Positions 52,832 through 61,671 of a stretch of DNA of 64,000 nt are shown here, piece after piece. Both the position numbers and the translations under genes were made by a program. Position 1 is the first letter of the stretch; every line of letters starts with the position of its first letter. Under the pieces are notes generated by a model. It was not told the origin of the DNA. It did no database searches and saw nothing but the letters and a program-made list of their open reading frames with translations. The stretch comes from Candidatus Bathyarchaeota archaeon (GTDB taxonomy: Archaea; Thermoproteota; Bathyarchaeia; 40CM-2-53-6): positions 608,001-672,000 of the forward strand of contig CAVSBL010000002.1 of NCBI GenBank assembly GCA_963726255.1, in the 5' to 3' direction.

Positions 52832-54767
52832 TTACGTTGATTCCCAGTAACTCCATCGAGTTGCGGAGTACAACCTGAATCCCTCTAACTAGCCATGCCC
52901 TTGCGTTCTTAACACCTGTGTCTGCGTGTATGACGTCCACCTTCTCGTAGTATTCGTGGAATTTTTCGGCTATGGAATTCGCGTACCCGGCCAGTTCTTC
53001 CGGTTTGAGTTGGTCCGCGGCTTCGCAGAACACATCGGTCATTTGCGCGATTTTGAACACGAGTAAGAGTTCAAGGGGATGCGTGAGAAGAGAGCAATCG
53101 GCATTTTCGGGGAATTCGCCAAGTTTACGAAGAATGCTCCCCGCCCTTGTGTAGGCATAATTGATGAAGGGGACACTGTTGCGCTCCAAGCTAAGTACCC
53201 GGTCCCAGGTGAATGTCATGTTTTTCGTACTGTTGATGTTGAGCAAGGTGAATCTGATTGCGCCGAGCGCTATGTTCTGAACCGTTTTATTGGCTTCGCT
53301 CGGCCCAAGTTCTTCTTTTCTTTGTGCCATTGTTTGTTCGACTCGGGCTTTTGCTTGTTGAATTACGTCGTCAAGGGCTACGTAATGCGCTCGGCGTTTC
53401 GAAGCCTTGATCCCGCCCGGTAGCTCGACAAGGCCGTACGCATAGTGAACCTGATTACGTGCCGCCCTTTGTTCGCCGAGCGCAAAGAGTGCGAGCCGGA
53501 TTTGGAGTTGAGGTAAAGTCTGCTCGGTTGCGATTACATTTATCACTTTCTCGGCATCGGTGGACTTTACGATTGAATACGCGATATCCCTTGTTGGGTA
53601 AAGGGTTGTCCCGTCACTACGAGCAAGAGTCACTGGAGGGACCTCATAACTCTCGGATAGGCCGAATTCCTTTCGTAGTGAATAGGTGTCGAGGATCGCG
53701 TTAACGTCCAATGCCACGGATGCCTCCTCCTTTTTGGCGAAAGGCAGCTTGGCTAGTTTGGCGAGCGCTTTCTCAACATGACCATTCCAAAGTAATTCGC
53801 TTTCCCAATCCCAGGTGTCAAATGTGATGTCCATCTCGGTCAAGGTGGCCTTCATGCCACTTAGGCATAGTTCAGCAACTTTCCTAACCAGAGCAACGGT
53901 TTCCTTCTCATTTTGCTCGTATTTGCGGCCAATGTCCTGGATGGCCTTCTCAGGGTCAGAGTCTGCACTTACGACCTTCACAACTCTTGCCAGGAGCTCC
54001 CCATCAGTTGCCTCGAGTTCCGTAGCTATCCCTACCCATTCGTCGAGGTTCCGCTGAAGCTCGGCTTTTTGTTCGTTGTTTAGATCCTCTGCAATCTGTT
54101 TCAGTTTCATTTTCGTGGCTTCAATCTGGACTGCACAGTTCGTGCAGGCGTAGAGGCGGCCGAACCAGTGGTCTACCTTGCCTTGGGGTTCAGGTTCCTT
54201 GAGGAGTCTGTAGCCGTATGCGAGAATGGACACTTGCCGTCCCATGTCGTCAATGTAGAACCTTCTGTTGACTGAATGGCCTCTTCCCTTCAGCAAGCGT
54301 GCTAGCACGTCGCCAAGAATGGCGTTCCGTGCGTGGCCCATAGTTAGGGGGCCGCTTGGGTTAGCGCTCGTGTGCTCGACTGTAACCCTCATCGGATGCT
54401 CTGACTTCTCAATCCCGAATGTCGTGTCCTCTCTGAGGACCTGCGCGAGGATAAGAGGGGCAGCAATCCTGTAATCCATTTTGAAATTCACGTATCCTGA
54501 AATGCTCTCGACCTTCGTCAGGAGCGACTCTTTTTTCAGGCGCAGGGAGGCGCAAATTGTTTGGGCGACTTGTTGTGGCTGAAGCCGCTTCTGACGTGCA
54601 ATTTCATGAGCAATTGATGATGTCAATTCGCCGAATTCGAGGGACGGTGGCACGGTGATGCGGGGGATCTTTGTTGCCCAGTCCGGAAACGATTTCTCCA
54701 GCGCACCGCGAAGGGCGCTGACACATTCGTCCCTAAATTGCTGGAGAATATTCGCCAAGTTGACCAA
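52818..54767 (-). CDS. argS: Arginyl-tRNA synthetase
   Basis: EHTSANPSGPLTMGHARN, DDMGRQ, RSDGTTLYPTRDIAY, C-terminal ERM. Confidence 0.95.
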   Translation of the reverse strand: MVNLANILQQFRDECVSALRGALEKSFPDWATKIPRITVPPSLEFGELTSSIAHEIARQKRLQPQQVAQTICASLRLKKESLLTKVESISGYVNFKMDYRIAAPLILAQVLREDTTFGIEKSEHPMRVTVEHTSANPSGPLTMGHARNAILGDVLARLLKGRGHSVNRRFYIDDMGRQVSILAYGYRLLKEPEPQGKVDHWFGRLYACTNCAVQIEATKMKLKQIAEDLNNEQKAELQRNLDEWVGIATELEATDGELLARVVKVVSADSDPEKAIQDIGRKYEQNEKETVALVRKVAELCLSGMKATLTEMDITFDTWDWESELLWNGHVEKALAKLAKLPFAKKEEASVALDVNAILDTYSLRKEFGLSESYEVPPVTLARSDGTTLYPTRDIAYSIVKSTDAEKVINVIATEQTLPQLQIRLALFALGEQRAARNQVHYAYGLVELPGGIKASKRRAHYVALDDVIQQAKARVEQTMAQRKEELGPSEANKTVQNIALGAIRFTLLNINSTKNMTFTWDRVLSLERNSVPFINYAYTRAGSILRKLGEFPENADCSLLTHPLELLLVFKIAQMTDVFCEAADQLKPEELAGYANSIAEKFHEYYEKVDVIHADTGVKNARAWLVRGIQVVLRNSMELLGINVSERM

Positions 54768-54892
54768 TTTTCCGGTTTTTGGCAGTTCTTCAGTTAGATG
54801 GCTAAGGGGTTGTTCGCCTTAAAATTGGTTCTCTGCTCTTGGAATCTTATCGCGTCCACGCTTATACATGAAAACCTACTCTGTCTCTCGTA

Positions 54893-54970
54893 GGGCGGGT
54901 AGCCTAGCCTGGATAGGGCACAGGCCTCCGGAGCCTGAGGTCGGGGGTTCGAATCCCTCCCCGCCCGCCA
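54893..54970 (+). tRNA. tRNA-Arg(CCG), CCA encoded, intronless
   Basis: GGGCGGG/CCCGCCC acceptor, CAGGC-CTCCGGA-GCCTG anticodon arm, GGTTCGAATCC. Confidence 0.95.
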
Positions 54971-55036
54971 ACACATTCCCCGGTGCGGGAGCCAACAGTT
55001 TAACTATCCAGGTTACTCGTTGCGCTCGGATGACTC

Positions 55037-56062
55037 TTGGCGAAAAGCGTCGCTTTGATCAAAGGGGACGGAACTGGCCCTGAACTTATCGATGCGACCC
55101 TGAAAGTCTTGAAGGCCGTTGGCACGAACGTGGAAATTCTTGCGTGCAACGCAGGCTTTGAATGGTGGCAGGCCCACGGTGGGGCAACACTGGTGCCGGA
55201 TGAGAGTTGGAAGATAATCGAAGCCGCGGACGCGTGCTTGAAAGGCCCAACAACGACACCTGCTGGCCCGAACACTCCGCGGAGTGTGGCAGTTAGTATT
55301 CGTCAGCGTATGAATCTCTACGCGAACATTCGGCCTGTGAAGACGTTTGAGGGAACGAAACGGCCGCTCGGCGATGTGGAGCTCGTTTGCGTTCGTGAGG
55401 GTACTGAAGGCCTCTATTCAGGAATCGAACATCGCCTATCGAATGATGTCGCCATCGCCTTCCGCAAGATCACTCGTGAGCCAAGTCAGAAGCTCGCTAA
55501 GCGGGCTTTTGAGGAAGCGAAACGGCGAGGGTGGAAACGCTGCATCGCCATCACGAAACAGAATATACTGAAGGAAACGGACGGGCTCTTCATGGATGCA
55601 ACGAGGACCGTGCACAAGGATTACTCTGGGATCAGTTTGGAGGAGTATTTCATAGACAACTTTGCGCAGCAACTTATCAAGAACCCGCAGCGTTTCAATG
55701 AGAGCATCATATTCGGAACGAACCTTTTCATGGACATAATCTCCGAAGAGGTCTCAGCGCTGGTTGCGAGCATCGGGTGCATATACTCCGCGAACTTCGG
55801 GGATAATTACGCAATGTTTGAGCCGGCACATGGAAGCGCTCCGGCTTACAAAGGCCAGGACAAGGTAAACCCCACGGCAACGGTGCTAGCAGGCGCCTGG
55901 ATGCTGGAACACCTAGGCGAGAAGAAGAAATCTGAAGCCATATTCAGAGCAACCCGCGATGTCATCGCGGAAGGAAAGAAAGTAACGTACGACCTCGGTG
56001 GCACTGCCCGCCTCTCAGAAATGGCCGACGCCATAGCTGAACGCGCACAAAGATACCTGTGA
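55037..56062 (+). CDS. Isocitrate/isopropylmalate dehydrogenase family protein
   Basis: GDGTGPE, LYANIRP, FEPAHGSAP. Confidence 0.9.
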   Translation: MAKSVALIKGDGTGPELIDATLKVLKAVGTNVEILACNAGFEWWQAHGGATLVPDESWKIIEAADACLKGPTTTPAGPNTPRSVAVSIRQRMNLYANIRPVKTFEGTKRPLGDVELVCVREGTEGLYSGIEHRLSNDVAIAFRKITREPSQKLAKRAFEEAKRRGWKRCIAITKQNILKETDGLFMDATRTVHKDYSGISLEEYFIDNFAQQLIKNPQRFNESIIFGTNLFMDIISEEVSALVASIGCIYSANFGDNYAMFEPAHGSAPAYKGQDKVNPTATVLAGAWMLEHLGEKKKSEAIFRATRDVIAEGKKVTYDLGGTARLSEMADAIAERAQRYL

Positions 56063-56133
56063 ATACTCAACCGTTTTGACGACTAGATGCTCCCCCAATA
56101 AAGTTAGGCAAGCCAAGCAGTTGACAACAAGGA

Positions 56134-56622
56134 CTAAGGTCCGCCGCTCTTCGTCGAACGTTCAAAGGCCTCAAACCAAGTCTTGTTCTTCCCGGCAAAT
56201 TCGACGAATTTAGCGATGCGGTCGATGGTTGCTTCGTGGACGTGGTGTTCAATCCCTTCGGCATCTGAATTCGCAATGTTCTCGCTTACACCAAGAATCC
56301 GAAGAAACTGAGTGATGACAAGGTGGCGTTGTTCCACTGAACACGCCAAGCGTTTGCCTCTTTCGGTTAGCGTAGTTCCCCGATAGCGCTCGTAGACTAC
56401 TAGCCCCATCCCGTGGAGCCTTTGCAGCATGTTTGTAACGCTTGGCGACTTGACGCCTAGGTACTCAGAAATGTCAACCGACCGAGCGTATCCCTTCTCT
56501 TTCATCAATTCGTAGATGACTTCTAGGTAGTCTTCCACGCTCGACGTAAGATCTGAAGACGGCTTTCTAGCCTCCCGGAGTCGTGACAGAATATAGCTAG
56601 TCTGCCTTTTCTCAATCGGCAT
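56134..56622 (-). CDS. DtxR/MntR metal-dependent regulator
   Basis: EDYLEVIYEL, SPSVTNML, DAEGIEHH. Confidence 0.9.
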   Translation of the reverse strand: MPIEKRQTSYILSRLREARKPSSDLTSSVEDYLEVIYELMKEKGYARSVDISEYLGVKSPSVTNMLQRLHGMGLVVYERYRGTTLTERGKRLACSVEQRHLVITQFLRILGVSENIANSDAEGIEHHVHEATIDRIAKFVEFAGKNKTWFEAFERSTKSGGP

Positions 56623-56750
56623 CGTGCGCGCCTCAACATACCTGTCCAAGGCTCCTGCTTTATAGCTCCGCCATCTCAAAGCTGCTTGCAGGCATGACGC
56701 GGCACGCAAATACCTATTTGCCTGCACCTTCGTTAGCAGAATGGACACAC

Positions 56751-56951
56751 ATGTCGAAGCCGGCACAAAAAAAGACTGACTTCCCCGACGAGGAAATTGA
56801 AGACATATTGGACATGCATGCGCCTATCGACCTGTTGCGAGAGTTCCGCAAAGCAGCTCAAGAAAGCCCGCTGCTGGTGACAGGATTGGCCTTTGCGTTC
56901 GGCTTGCTTATCGGCGCCTCGTTATCTAATGGGAACAAGAAATCCCGTTGA
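56751..56951 (+). CDS. ElaB/YqjD (DUF883)-like tail-anchored protein
   Basis: Charged N-terminus then ESPLLVTGLAFAFGLLIG TM and basic tail. Confidence 0.6.
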   Translation: MSKPAQKKTDFPDEEIEDILDMHAPIDLLREFRKAAQESPLLVTGLAFAFGLLIGASLSNGNKKSR

Positions 56952-56977
56952 CGTTCATATCATGAGGCAGCAGTAAT

Positions 56978-57199
56978 TTGTCGAAAAGGGAAAAAGACCT
57001 GGAGCCCGAGAAGACCGAGCAATACCTAAAGGAACTCCGAAAAGACATGGACAAACGGTTAGGCGAACTCAAGGTGCAGATGGACGATCTTCAACAAAGA
57101 GCCGCACAGAAAGTTACGGAACAGCCCCTGATAGCCCTTGGCGTCGCTTTCGTGGCCGGCATGGCACTAGGAGTTGCGTTATCGAGGGCCGGCGACTAG
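56978..57199 (+). CDS. ElaB/YqjD (DUF883)-like tail-anchored protein
   Basis: Coiled coil then EQPLIALGVAFVAGMALGVALSR. Confidence 0.7.
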   Translation: MSKREKDLEPEKTEQYLKELRKDMDKRLGELKVQMDDLQQRAAQKVTEQPLIALGVAFVAGMALGVALSRAGD

Positions 57200-57210
57200 G
57201 AGACCAGACA

Positions 57211-57510
57211 TTGCCAGAAAAGGAAGGTTCCACATTGTTGGAGAGGCTCGCGCGATTGGTTCTGCGAGAAGCCTTGGGCGGCATCGTCAAACCTGCGGAA
57301 AGATTGGCAAAACGGGTTGCTCGGGCCGTCGGACTGATTCTTGCCGGAGTCGTCATCTCTGTTCTTGGAATCGCGTTTCTGGCCGTAGGTGCTGTCAAGT
57401 GGTTGGCGATATTGATGCCTGTTTGGCTGGCCTGGTTCTTGGTCGGAATAATCCTCTTCTTAGCGGGTGTTGCAGTCACAGCAATAACGTTCTCGACCGG
57501 GCGTGGCTAA
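57211..57510 (+). CDS. YqjE/holin-superfamily-like two-TM protein
   Basis: Amphipathic N-terminal helix plus two TMs, directly after the DUF883-like genes. Confidence 0.6.
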   Translation: MPEKEGSTLLERLARLVLREALGGIVKPAERLAKRVARAVGLILAGVVISVLGIAFLAVGAVKWLAILMPVWLAWFLVGIILFLAGVAVTAITFSTGRG

Positions 57511-57531
57511 GACGGCGTCGAAGCTTCTTGC

Positions 57532-57912
57532 CTAGCTAACATGGCCGGTCTTACTCTCGTAGAATTCATCCACAAACCGAGAAAAATCGCTGAAGTTGCT
57601 CAAAACGACGCCAAACGAGGAGCCTTTATCGATAGAGACGACCTTTTCGAGATACGCCTTTGCTGAAGTTGGGTCGCCTTCGTAAAGCGCAAGTTTGGCC
57701 GCGCTGGCAAATCGATTCATTGCCACGACTGAATTCCCGTTTTTCAGTAGATTTTCAGCTGCAGACGCAATTGCCTTGCTGTTCGGATACTGCGCCACGA
57801 GCAAGTCTGGATTAAGCAGGACTAACGTAGCGGCGGCGCGTTTCTTATCTTCACTCAGTTTCAGCTTTTCGGCGATGCTTTCGAAGGAATCGTAGCTCAC
57901 CTGTGGCACCAT
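57532..57912 (-). CDS. Hypothetical helical (TPR-like) protein
   Basis: 126-aa ORF with AKLALYEGDPTSAKAYLEK. Confidence 0.55.
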   Translation of the reverse strand: MVPQVSYDSFESIAEKLKLSEDKKRAAATLVLLNPDLLVAQYPNSKAIASAAENLLKNGNSVVAMNRFASAAKLALYEGDPTSAKAYLEKVVSIDKGSSFGVVLSNFSDFSRFVDEFYESKTGHVS

Positions 57913-57952
57913 TCCTATACTTTGCAGGGCTGTTGTGATACTGAGAAACTAC

Positions 57953-58834
57953 TTAATTGTTCTTGCCGAACTGTGTTATGCCAACGCCCAACATTGTTAA
58001 GCCGGAGAAGGCAATATCGAGGGTTGTGAAACTTTCCTTTAAGACGATGACAGATATCAAAACGGCCAGAACGGGCATCGTGAAGAGAAGAACGTAGAGC
58101 CGAAACACTTCAGTACGCTGAAGGACATCATACCAACATACAAGCCCCAGACAGTACATGAAGGAAAGAAGCAATAGTGCCACTATGACCTCGTTCGACA
58201 ATGCCGCCGGCCACTGGTTCCTCTCGAAGACAAACGCGGAAAACGTGAACAATGCGGCACCGAAAACAAATGTTAGTGTTACTACGAACATCGGTTGGTA
58301 TTTCTTCAGTAAGACCTTCCCAACGATTCCAGACAGAGCGTAAGATGCTGCAACTCCCACTTGAAGCACGTTTCCGACAAATACCGACCCAGCAAGATTC
58401 GCGAGATTGCCTCCGGTCGAAAGAAGGATTACGCCAAGCATCGCAACCATCACACCTGCTACTTCTCTCCGCCCGACCTTCTCCTTTAGGAGGGTGAAAG
58501 AGAGCAGCAACGTGAAGACTGGGGTAATCGATTGGAGGACGCCACTCATGGAGGCGGTGGTGTACTCGAGCCCAATGTTCTGCAGCAGGTTGGGCATGAA
58601 TATCTGAGCAATTGACAAACCAAACACGATCGATAGGTCGTGCTTCGTCACGCCCGATGTGCTTCCGCGGTAGTGAAAGAGAGTCAGTGGCACGATTAGA
58701 GATGACGCCAAATCGAATCGGAGCGCCGCCACCGTAAGCGGTGGCAATTCTGTAAGGGCAATTCGTATCAAAGCATATGCGGAGGCAAAAACAAACAGGG
58801 CTATTACGCTTTCAACAAAGTTGCGGAAGCTCAA
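57953..58834 (-). CDS. EamA/DMT transporter
   Basis: Ten TMs; PPLTVAALRF, GLEYTTAS, LLKEKV. Confidence 0.9.
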   Translation of the reverse strand: MSFRNFVESVIALFVFASAYALIRIALTELPPLTVAALRFDLASSLIVPLTLFHYRGSTSGVTKHDLSIVFGLSIAQIFMPNLLQNIGLEYTTASMSGVLQSITPVFTLLLSFTLLKEKVGRREVAGVMVAMLGVILLSTGGNLANLAGSVFVGNVLQVGVAASYALSGIVGKVLLKKYQPMFVVTLTFVFGAALFTFSAFVFERNQWPAALSNEVIVALLLLSFMYCLGLVCWYDVLQRTEVFRLYVLLFTMPVLAVLISVIVLKESFTTLDIAFSGLTMLGVGITQFGKNN

Positions 58835-58912
58835 GTTAGGACATCAATTCTGCCCGGTGCACGCACGCGATAGCATTAGCCCGAACGGGAAATCTAATCA
58901 TCAAAAGCTGTG

Positions 58913-59230
58913 TCAGGGAGGCGAACTGGGCTCATTTGACAGAAACCTGATAACCTTTCCCGGGCCGAGCTTCTCGACCACGACTTTCCTCTCGTCTTCA
59001 TTCAACGGTTTGTATTTGAGGTGAGTATCGGTGGAGCTTGCATAGCGCCCTGCGACCAAGCACGCGTTGGCATTCTTCTCCTTGTAGATGGTTATGGGTT
59101 TGTGAACGGCTTCCGGGTCGGTCCCCGCATACATGTAGGCGATTGCATCTTCATACTTCGCTTTGTCCTCGATCCTAAGTAATACGAGCTGTGAATCGTC
59201 GGGTTTCATGTTTTGCTCAGTATCGGCCAA
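58913..59230 (-). CDS. Hypothetical protein
   Basis: 105-aa ORF just downstream of tRNA-Cys. Confidence 0.5.
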   Translation of the reverse strand: MADTEQNMKPDDSQLVLLRIEDKAKYEDAIAYMYAGTDPEAVHKPITIYKEKNANACLVAGRYASSTDTHLKYKPLNEDERKVVVEKLGPGKVIRFLSNEPSSPP

Positions 59231-59335
59231 ACGTAAAAACCCTTCCAGAGGAAATTGCCCGCATGAGAGAGAGGGCCAGAGGCGCCACTGATCACTTCAG
59301 AGCCGTTTTTGCCGCAAACGTCAAACCGCAAGTTG

Positions 59336-59483
59336 TGGAGCCGGGGATGGGAATTGAACCCACCTCAGCGATTCTCGCTTTCTATACTGCGGGTTGCGGC
59401 AAGCTTTAGTCTACTGCAGCCCGCCGCCTGGACCGTTCGGCCTTCGGTGGCCATAGGCATCAAACCCAAAGACCAACCCCGGC
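59336..59483 (-). tRNA. tRNA-Cys(GCA) with three introns (8/9, 37/38, 48/49)
   Basis: Exons 59483-59476, 59442-59414, 59394-59384 and 59363-59336 join to a 76-nt cloverleaf with GCA anticodon, U73 and CCA. Confidence 0.9.
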
Positions 59484-59561
59484 ATTTTCCCCGGCGAATG
59501 AACCGTTCACGCACATAGCTCTAATAAACCTGCACGTAAAGCTGTAATTCGCCGATGGTTC

Positions 59562-59891
59562 TTGAGTCATGTGATGTCGATGGTTGATTCGCAAGAAGAC
59601 CAGGTGCCGCTGTTCTTCAAGTTATGTTCGGATCACCTTTCAATTGAAGCCATCCCAAGAAAAGCTCTTACTATCAACATCGAAGGCATGAAGGATAAGT
59701 CGATCCGCGAGCACGAAGTGATGATGTGGACTCCCCATTTTGTTGTGCTGAAGAATTCGAGCGGACAGGAGATTACTCTTAGGCGAGATGGGCGAATGGT
59801 AGTAAGAAAAGCGGATACAGAACAGGTTGCGCGAGAGGCCGCCACGAACGTTATGCATTTAGCCTTGAAAGAGTTCGGAAGCCGAGCCTAG
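59562..59891 (+). CDS. Stand-alone homolog of the MoeB/E1 C-terminal domain
   Basis: KLC...P.K.L.I...HEV...TP..VV....GQEITL.RDGRM aligns with the C-terminus of 60584..61618. Confidence 0.75.
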   Translation: MSHVMSMVDSQEDQVPLFFKLCSDHLSIEAIPRKALTINIEGMKDKSIREHEVMMWTPHFVVLKNSSGQEITLRRDGRMVVRKADTEQVAREAATNVMHLALKEFGSRA

Positions 59892-60577
59892 ACGGTCAGA
59901 ACACGAGCGGACTGAACGGCCCTTGCAACCATGCCGTCAATGTCCAATGCCGTTTCGACCTCGGCTAGTCGGTTCCTCCTGGCTGAGGTGCTTGGGTTGT
60001 CTGTTGGAACTCCGCAGCTAGCGACCCCTGGGCGGATTGAAACTTCATAAGTACCAATTTCAATTGCGAACTTCACGATTTGCTGCTTGTTCATTCCGAC
60101 AAGTGGCCTAAGCACCTGAACCTTATTCAGCACACAGTCTGCCGCTACGATGTTTTGGAGCGTTTGGCTGGCCTTCTGCCCGACAGCGTCACCTGTGACA
60201 ATTGCGTTACACCCCTCCCGGTCGGCTATTCCTTCGGCAACTCTAAACATGATCCGCCTGGAAAGCATGCACGCGAACTTCGCCGGACACTTGGACAAAA
60301 TAACTTGGAGGTCAGGCGCGTGAGAGACAACGTATACGCGTGCCCCCTGAAGTTTTGCTCGCTCGCACAGCCTGCGAACAGTTTCTATGGCAAGGCTTTC
60401 GGCTGCTTGGTCGCAGAGTGGGTAATTATCGAAATAAACGAAAACCGGTTCTACGCCTTTCCTCATCAATAACCATGCTGCGACTGGGGAATCGATACCG
60501 CCGGAAATGAGGCACACGGCTCTCCCGGAAAGTCTGAGTTCCGGGGATTCTATTGTTTGTGGAGACTGTAGCGACAG
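59888..60577 (-). CDS. thiI: ThiI-family PP-loop sulfurtransferase domain without THUMP; probable CTG start
   Basis: SGRAVCLISGGIDSPVA, GDAVGQKASQT, RPLVGMNK, IGTYEVS. Confidence 0.82.
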   Translation of the reverse strand: MSLQSPQTIESPELRLSGRAVCLISGGIDSPVAAWLLMRKGVEPVFVYFDNYPLCDQAAESLAIETVRRLCERAKLQGARVYVVSHAPDLQVILSKCPAKFACMLSRRIMFRVAEGIADREGCNAIVTGDAVGQKASQTLQNIVAADCVLNKVQVLRPLVGMNKQQIVKFAIEIGTYEVSIRPGVASCGVPTDNPSTSARRNRLAEVETALDIDGMVARAVQSARVLTV

Positions 60578-60583
60578 TTTCTT

Positions 60584-61618
60584 TCACCCTTCACCGACCA
60601 GCTTGGCGACCTCGGCTGAAATTGCGAGTGCCTCTATCTCGTTTCGTACGTTCTTGATCAGCATCCGCCCTTTCCTAAATAGACTTACTTCATGCCCACT
60701 GAAGTCGAAGACGATAACCATTGGCGTCGTCAATAATACCCTGTGGTTTCGCCCGATAGTTCTAGCCAGTTGGTCCAGGTCAACGGATAATGGCTTCTCC
60801 GGGTTGACATTCGCAGTCTCTGATCCGCACAACCAGGCCAACTTACGAGAATAGTTTGGTGTAGTAGTCAGCTTTGCCTGGCAGACTCCACAGTCAGCAC
60901 GGATGCTCAACCTCACTGTTCGATATTCAGACTGCGCGAAATCGAATATCAGCAGTCTTCCCATCGATTGGGGGTCGATTCCCGCAAGCGCCTTCACTGC
61001 CTCCATCGCCTGAATAGCTCCAACAATTCCAGTGGTAGCACCCAGCACACCGCGAGTATCGCAAGTTGGCAGGTCCACGTCGTTCAGACCCGGCAAGATA
61101 CACTCTAAACATGGGGTTTCAGGGCTCTTGAATACTGCTACGTTCCCTTCCATCCCGATTGCCCCCCCAAAGACGAACGGTGTCTTCCTCGTCACGCAAA
61201 AACGGTTGATAATGTACCGCGTTTCCATGTTGTCAAGCCCATCCACAACGCAATCTGCTCCATCTAAGATCGCCGGGACGTTCTCGGCATTCAAGTTCTC
61301 TGGGACGGGATTGACTTCAACCTCAGGATTGATCATACCAATTCTGCGTGCAGCAGCTTCTACCTTCGGATACCTGATATCGCCTAGCGAATAGAGAACC
61401 TGCCTGTGCAAATTGTTTACTTCTACAGTATCTTGATCTATGAGCGTTAGTTTTCCGACACCTGCGAGCGCAAGGTAGAGCGCTGAAACACTTCCCAAGC
61501 CACCTAATCCCACAACGGCAACTTTCGAGTCATGCAGTTTCTTTTGGCCGCTCGAACCGAGTTCCTTCAGAACCAATTGCCGACTGAAGAACTCATCTCT
61601 GTCGAAATCTGCGTGCAT
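60584..61618 (-). CDS. MoeB/ThiF/UbaA E1-like adenylyltransferase with extra C-terminal domain
   Basis: FSRQ, VGLGGLG, NNLHRQ, DGLDN, CLEC, catalytic TC, CGVC. Confidence 0.92.
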   Translation of the reverse strand: MHADFDRDEFFSRQLVLKELGSSGQKKLHDSKVAVVGLGGLGSVSALYLALAGVGKLTLIDQDTVEVNNLHRQVLYSLGDIRYPKVEAAARRIGMINPEVEVNPVPENLNAENVPAILDGADCVVDGLDNMETRYIINRFCVTRKTPFVFGGAIGMEGNVAVFKSPETPCLECILPGLNDVDLPTCDTRGVLGATTGIVGAIQAMEAVKALAGIDPQSMGRLLIFDFAQSEYRTVRLSIRADCGVCQAKLTTTPNYSRKLAWLCGSETANVNPEKPLSVDLDQLARTIGRNHRVLLTTPMVIVFDFSGHEVSLFRKGRMLIKNVRNEIEALAISAEVAKLVGEG

Positions 61619-61671
61619 CTGTTGCTCACGCCAAAATATGGCAACGCGGGCTTTCAGTGTATAGGCGCGTT

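Noticed and set aside
59364-59388. tRNA-Cys with a long variable arm
   Set aside because: The extra 20 nt form a canonical BHB, and their removal yields a normal 5-nt loop with A15-U48
60578-60586. TGA read-through (Sec) fusing the E1 enzyme to ThiI, which are in the same frame
   Set aside because: No SECIS-like structure seen, the TGA is not at a Cys-equivalent site, and SD plus CTG explains a separate start
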